A DNA stretch of 64,000 nt from an uncultured Roseicyclus sp. (GTDB lineage: Bacteria; Pseudomonadota; Alphaproteobacteria; Rhodobacterales; Rhodobacteraceae). This document shows, piece by piece, positions 59,731-64,000 of the stretch. The notes below the pieces were generated by a model. That model saw only the letters and a list, made by a program, of their open reading frames with translations, made no database searches and was not told the DNA's origin. Position 1 is the stretch's first letter, and every line of letters begins with the position of its first letter. The stretch spans positions 19,637 through 83,636 of the forward strand of contig CAZOBK010000005.1 of the NCBI GenBank assembly GCA_964578115.1, read 5' to 3'. A program made the translations under genes and the position numbers.

Positions 59731-60786
59731 ATGTCGGGCCTGAAACTCAACGAAGTGGTCAAGCGCTACGGCGCGACGCAGGTTATCCATGGCGTCGACC
59801 TCGAGATCGAGGATGGCGAGTTCTGCGTCTTCGTGGGCCCTTCGGGCTGCGGGAAATCGACCCTGTTGCGCATGGTCGCGGGGCTGGAGGAAACGACAGG
59901 CGGGCGTATCGCCATTGGCGGGCGCGACGTGACCCATCTCGACCCTGCCGAACGCGGCGTGGCAATGGTGTTCCAGACCTACGCCCTTTACCCGCATATG
60001 ACGGTGGCCGAGAACATGGGCTTCGGCCTGAAGATGACCGGCCATCCCAAGGCGACGATCGAAGCCAAGGTGGCCGAGGCCAGCCGCGTGCTGAAGCTCG
60101 ACGAGTATCTCGCGCGCAAACCCAAGGCGCTGTCGGGCGGTCAGCGTCAGAGGGTGGCCATCGGGCGCGCCATCGTGCGCGGACCCGAGGTGTTCCTGTT
60201 CGACGAGCCCCTGTCCAACCTCGATGCGGAACTGCGCGTGGAGATGCGGGTCGAGATCGCCCGCCTGCATCAGGAAATCGGCGCCACGATGATCTATGTC
60301 ACCCATGACCAGGTCGAGGCGATGACGCTCGCCGACAAGATCGTCGTGCTGCGCGCGGGGCGGGTCGAGCAGGTGGGCGAACCGCTCGATCTCTACAACG
60401 ATCCCGACAACCGCTTCGTGGCGGGTTTCATCGGCAGCCCTGCGATGAACTTCTTCGACGGGCGGATCGAGGGGGGGCATGTCGCGGTTCCGGCGCTCGA
60501 CGGGATGCAGATCGCGGCACCCGCCAGCGCATCCTCGCAGGGCGCGGTCACGGTGGGGCTACGGCCAAACCACCTGCGGCTGGCGCAGGGCGAGACGCAT
60601 GTGGTGGATTTGTCGGAGCGTCTGGGCGGCGTCAGCTACCACTACCTGACTGCACCGGACGGCGCGCGGGTCATCGTCGAGGCCCATGACCAGGTCGCGC
60701 CGCCCCCCGGAAGCCGCACCGGGCTGACCTTCCGCGGCGAGGACGCGCTGTTTTTCGATGCGACGAGCGAGGCGCGGTTGCGCTAG
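59731..60786 (+). CDS. Sugar ABC transporter ATP-binding protein (MalK/UgpC-like)
   Basis: 351 aa. Walker A GPSGCGKST, signature LSGGQRQR, Walker B FLFDEPLSNLD, and a C-terminal TOBE-like regulatory domain. Confidence 0.92.
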   Translation: MSGLKLNEVVKRYGATQVIHGVDLEIEDGEFCVFVGPSGCGKSTLLRMVAGLEETTGGRIAIGGRDVTHLDPAERGVAMVFQTYALYPHMTVAENMGFGLKMTGHPKATIEAKVAEASRVLKLDEYLARKPKALSGGQRQRVAIGRAIVRGPEVFLFDEPLSNLDAELRVEMRVEIARLHQEIGATMIYVTHDQVEAMTLADKIVVLRAGRVEQVGEPLDLYNDPDNRFVAGFIGSPAMNFFDGRIEGGHVAVPALDGMQIAAPASASSQGAVTVGLRPNHLRLAQGETHVVDLSERLGGVSYHYLTAPDGARVIVEAHDQVAPPPGSRTGLTFRGEDALFFDATSEARLR

Positions 60787-60803
60787 CGGTGGGGCAGGCG
60801 CAC

Positions 60804-60872
60804 CCGGGGCGTCGAGCCCCGGACGCGCCTTTTCGCGCGATGCGCGAAGGCGTATTTCGGGAAAGATGAAGG
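60804..60872 (+). repeat. Intergenic repeat element copy B: hairpin CCGGGGC-GTCGA-GCCCCGG, second hairpin TTCGCGC-GAT-GCGCGAA, then GCGTATTTCGGGAAAGATGAAGG
   Basis: Same orientation and same 23-mer as copy A. It lies between the convergent ABC ATPase and cueR genes. Confidence 0.65.
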
Positions 60873-60890
60873 GCCGGGTCGGTGCCCCTC

Positions 60891-61289
60891 TCAGGACGCC
60901 CTGCCCTCTTTCGCGAGGCCCTTGAGGATCGGACAATCGGGCCGGTCATCGCCGGCGCAGGCCTTGACGAGGTCCGACAGCGTGTCGCGCATGTCCGCCA
61001 GTTCGGCCATCTTGCGGTCGATCTCGGCAAGGTGCCGGTTGGCCAGCGCCTTGACGTCCCCCGAAGCGCGGCCACGATCCTCCCACAGCGCGAGGAGCGT
61101 GCGGCAATCCTCGATCGAGAAGCCCAGCGACCGGGCCCGGGCAAGGAAGCCCAGCTTGTGGATATGCGCCGTCTCGAACCGTCTGTAGCCGTTCGCGTCG
61201 CGGTCCGGCGTGACGAGGCCGATCTCCTCGTAATAGCGGATCGTCTTGGCCGGCAGGCCGGTGCGGTCGGACACGTCCCCGATATTCAT
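60891..61289 (-). CDS. cueR: Cu(I)-responsive MerR-family transcriptional regulator
   Basis: 132 aa. HTH MNIGDVSDRTGLPAKTIRYYEEIGLV. C-terminal metal loop C-x7-C (CAGDDRPDC). ATGA overlap with the copA stop. Confidence 0.88.
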   Translation of the reverse strand: MNIGDVSDRTGLPAKTIRYYEEIGLVTPDRDANGYRRFETAHIHKLGFLARARSLGFSIEDCRTLLALWEDRGRASGDVKALANRHLAEIDRKMAELADMRDTLSDLVKACAGDDRPDCPILKGLAKEGRAS

Positions 61290-63733
61290 GCCGCCCTCAT
61301 CGCCTTGAGCCGGAGCGCGTTGGCCACGACGAGGATGGAGCTTGCCGCCATGGCGCCCGCGGCCAGCATCGGGTTGAGGAACGGGCCGCCGAAGATGGCG
61401 AGCCCCCCCGCCGCCACCGGGATCAGCGCGACGTTGTAGCCGAAGGCCCATACGAGGTTCTGCACGATGTTGGCAAGCGTGCGGCGGCTAACCTCGCGTG
61501 CGGTGACCACCGCCGAGGGGCTGCCGGAGACCAGCACCACATGGGCGGCTTCGATGGCGACATCCGTGCCGGTGCCGAGCGCCACGCCCACATCGGCGGC
61601 GGCGAGAACGGGCGCGTCGTTGATCCCGTCGCCCACGAAGGCGACCTTCAGGCCCTCGGCGCGCCACCGCTCCAGCAGGTCCTTCTTGTCGGCGGGAGAC
61701 AGGCCGCCATGGGCCTCGGGGATGCCGAGGGTTTCGCCCATCGCCGCGACCGGACCGGCGCCATCGCCCGAGAGCATGGCCACCCGCACGCCCTGTGCGC
61801 GCAAGGCGGCAACGGCCTCGGCCGCGTCGGGTTTCGGCGGATCGGACAGGTCGATCCGCCCGAGATAGCGGCCGCCCAGAGCCACGTGAACGCGGGTTTC
61901 GGCGCCGGCCGGTTCCTCCGGCACATCGACGCCGGACCCGCGCAGATACCTGGCGGAGCCGGCCTGCACGGAAACACCGTCCATTTGCGCGGCGACGCCG
62001 CCGCCGGTCGTGCTGTCGAAGGCGGACACGGGTTCGACGGTCAGGCCGCGCGCCTCGGCCTCGGCCACGATGGCGCGGGCGAGCGGGTGCTCGGACGCTC
62101 CCTCAACCGCCGCGGCGACGCGCAACAGGTCATCCTCCGCAATGCCGCTCGCGGCGTAGAGCCCCGTGACCTGCGGGCGTCCTTCCGTCAGGGTGCCGGT
62201 CTTGTCGAAGGCGATCAGGTCCACACGACCCATGGATTGCAGCGCGCTGCCCTGCCGGAACAGGACCCCCATCTCGGCCGCGCGCCCCGTGCCGGCGAGA
62301 ATGGAGACCGGCGTGGCGAGGCCCATGGCGCAGGGGCAGGCGATGATCAGGACCGAGACCGTGACCACGAGGGCCTGCGACGGGTCCGGCCCGAGCAGGA
62401 GCCACAGCCCGCCCGCGACCAGCGCGATCACCAGCACCACGGGCACGAAGACCGCCGTCACCCGGTCGATCAGCGATTGCACGGGAAGCCGGGCGGATTG
62501 CGCGTCCTCGACCATGGCCACGATGCGCGAGAGAACCGTGTCGGAGCCCACGGCCGTCGCGCGATAGGTCAGGCTGCCGCTTCCGTTCACCGTGCCGGCC
62601 GTGACGGCGTCGCCGGGGTCCTTGCCGACAGGCAACGGCTCGCCGGTCAGCATCGCCTCGTCCACGTGGCTGCGGCCGTCCTCGACCACGCCGTCGACGG
62701 CCACCCGTGCGCCGGGGCGCAGGAGAAGCCGGTCGCCGGGGACGATCTCGGCCAGGGGCACGTCGCGTGGGGTGCCGTCGGGGTCGAGACGCGGCGCCGT
62801 GTCGGGGCGCAGGGCGATCAGCCCGGCGATGGCCGCCCCGGCCCTGCCGCGCGCGCGCGCCTCCAGCCAGCGGCCCAGAAGGATCAGCGACACGATGACC
62901 GCCGCAGCCTCGAAATAGACATGCCGTCCGCTTTCGGGCACGGCCGTCGGCGCGAAGGTGACAAGCGTCGACCAGGCCCAGGCCGCGCTTGTCCCCAGCA
63001 CCACGAGACTGTTCATGTCCGGTGCGCGGCGCATGAGGGCGGGCACGCCCAGCCGGAAGAAAACGGCCCCCGGCCCGGCGAGGACCAGCGTCGTCAGCAG
63101 GAATTGCGCCACGCGCACGGGCGTCTCGCCGAATGTCATGGCCAGCCAGTGATGGAAGGGCGGAAACACATGTCCGCCCATCTCGGCGATGAAGACCGGC
63201 AGCGTCAGCAGCGCGGCGATGAGGAAGGAACGCCTGTAGGTCGCGATCTCGTCGCGGTCATCCTCGCCCGGCGGGGCGGCGGCCGAGGCGTCCTCGAGCG
63301 GGCGGACCGGGTAGCCCGCGTTCTTCATGTGGCGCGACAGGGCTTCGAAACCGCCCTCCGGCGTGCCGAATATGTCGGCCCGGCCGGTGGCCAGGTTGAC
63401 CCTTGCCCCGGTCACGCCGGGCATATCCGTCAGCGCGGCCTCGGCCCGCGCCACGCAGGACCCGCAGGTGAGGTTTCCGACCTCGACGCGCAGCCGTGTG
63501 GGGTCCGGGCGCTCGGTGACCGGGTAACCCGCGTCGTCCATGGCCGACCCGGCTGCATCCGCGTCGAAATCCGGGCCCACCACGAGATCGGCGCGGCGGG
63601 TGGCGAAATTGACGGTCGCGGAGTGCACGCCGGGAAGCGCTGCGAGCGCGGTTTGCGCACGCGCGGCGCAGCCGCCGCAGTTCAGGTTCGCCACGTCGTA
63701 GCGCAGGGTCATTGGGCTGAGAGTATCGGGCAC
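61286..63733 (-). CDS. copA: Copper-translocating P1B-type ATPase
   Basis: 815 aa. Two N-terminal HMA domains (NCGGCAARA, TCGSCVARA), the CPC transmembrane motif (IIACPCAMGLATP), DKTGTLT and GDGINDAP. GTG 63733 sits behind a GAAGGA RBS. Confidence 0.93.
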   Translation of the reverse strand: MPDTLSPMTLRYDVANLNCGGCAARAQTALAALPGVHSATVNFATRRADLVVGPDFDADAAGSAMDDAGYPVTERPDPTRLRVEVGNLTCGSCVARAEAALTDMPGVTGARVNLATGRADIFGTPEGGFEALSRHMKNAGYPVRPLEDASAAAPPGEDDRDEIATYRRSFLIAALLTLPVFIAEMGGHVFPPFHHWLAMTFGETPVRVAQFLLTTLVLAGPGAVFFRLGVPALMRRAPDMNSLVVLGTSAAWAWSTLVTFAPTAVPESGRHVYFEAAAVIVSLILLGRWLEARARGRAGAAIAGLIALRPDTAPRLDPDGTPRDVPLAEIVPGDRLLLRPGARVAVDGVVEDGRSHVDEAMLTGEPLPVGKDPGDAVTAGTVNGSGSLTYRATAVGSDTVLSRIVAMVEDAQSARLPVQSLIDRVTAVFVPVVLVIALVAGGLWLLLGPDPSQALVVTVSVLIIACPCAMGLATPVSILAGTGRAAEMGVLFRQGSALQSMGRVDLIAFDKTGTLTEGRPQVTGLYAASGIAEDDLLRVAAAVEGASEHPLARAIVAEAEARGLTVEPVSAFDSTTGGGVAAQMDGVSVQAGSARYLRGSGVDVPEEPAGAETRVHVALGGRYLGRIDLSDPPKPDAAEAVAALRAQGVRVAMLSGDGAGPVAAMGETLGIPEAHGGLSPADKKDLLERWRAEGLKVAFVGDGINDAPVLAAADVGVALGTGTDVAIEAAHVVLVSGSPSAVVTAREVSRRTLANIVQNLVWAFGYNVALIPVAAGGLAIFGGPFLNPMLAAGAMAASSILVVANALRLKAMRAA

Positions 63734-63759
63734 GGGTCCTGTCCTTCGATGAGGACCTG

Positions 63760-63790
63760 TACATAGGGCTTCCCGTTACTGGAAGGTCAA
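63760..63790 (-). promoter_or_regulatory. MerR/CueR-type copA promoter: -35 TTGACC, 19-bp spacer carrying the dyad CTTCC-N7-GGAAG, -10 TATGTA
   Basis: The minus strand reads TTGACC-TTCCAGTAACGGGAAGCCC-TATGTA. The 19-bp spacer and the CTTCC/GGAAG inverted repeat (63769-63785) match the architecture of the E. coli copA promoter. It lies 27 nt upstream of the copA start. Confidence 0.75.
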
Positions 63791-64000
63791 GAGGCTATAG
63801 CGGCCGAAGCGACGCACGCCCGCAAGTCGTAGCCATGGGACAGGGCCAGCGCGCCGCAGCGGGTCACCACCGCGTCGCGGTCCGCAGGACCCAGCGCGCT
63901 GCGCCAGAGATCGCGCTCGGGATGCGCGTCGGCCCGCGCGTAGAGGCCCGGTGGCGCAACGATCCCGGCAAATCGCTGGACGCCGGCCATCACCCCCGGC
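63787..64000 (-). CDS. 3' end of an unidentified gene (the reading frame stays open to the window edge)
   Basis: Codon position 3 is strongly G/C. There is no stop between 63790 and the window end. Possible internal starts are GTG 63993 and ATG 63990. No family recognised. Confidence 0.35.
   Translation of the reverse strand, partial: PGVMAGVQRFAGIVAPPGLYARADAHPERDLWRSALGPADRDAVVTRCGALALSHGYDLRACVASAAIAS

Noticed and set aside
1-64000. CRISPR arrays, IS elements or transposases, toxin-antitoxin pairs, and restriction or other known defence genes
   Set aside because: I scanned the ORF translations and intergenic regions for short regularly spaced repeats, DDE or serine/tyrosine recombinase motifs and small paired ORFs, and found none. 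The window is essentially all metabolic, transport and regulatory genes.

Overview
This is a GC-rich stretch (roughly two-thirds G+C by eye, with strong G/C bias at codon position 3) of what looks like an alphaproteobacterial, Rhodobacterales-type chromosome. That origin is inferred from gene content only. I support 56 protein-coding genes (two cut by the window edges) and one tRNA-Met. I found no rRNA, CRISPR array, transposase, integrase or prophage gene. Most genes sit in tightly packed operons whose junctions repeatedly use 4-nt ATGA/GTGA start-stop overlaps.

From left to right the window contains:
- a membrane sensor fused to a DEDDh exonuclease, then GntR, gabD and ugd;
- a homogentisate cluster: an MhaAB-like hydroxylase pair, a DinB-family protein, an atypical MBL-fold protein, hmgA and marR. 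Two PfkB sugar kinases separate it from fahA;
- a LysR gene followed by a signal-less molybdoenzyme ABC (SoeABC-like) whose last gene is translationally coupled to fahA;
- a 16.5-kb quaternary-amine block: two DMGDH-like enzymes, a non-Pyl MttB-family protein, an HIBADH-like enzyme and an ALDH, convergent with a BKACE-SDR-lipocalin-carnitine dehydrogenase/thioesterase operon and an ACAD, ADP-forming CoA ligase and CaiD operon;
- a CPA1 antiporter with a cyclic-nucleotide-binding domain, tRNA-Met and RidA;
- a NitT/TauT-type ABC importer with a cytosine-deaminase-like amidohydrolase and an FAD-linked oxidase, followed by two tandem NQO-like flavoproteins and a 2OG oxygenase;
- an 11-gene galactoside and De Ley-Doudoroff operon that includes a sulfotransferase-fold ORF, plus iclR and a separate ABC ATPase;
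- copA-cueR with a textbook MerR-type promoter.

The most interesting candidate is the betaine block. An orphan MttB homologue with no corrinoid-protein neighbour occupies the one step, glycine betaine to dimethylglycine, that has no classical enzyme here. All functional calls come from motifs recognised by eye. No database search was run.
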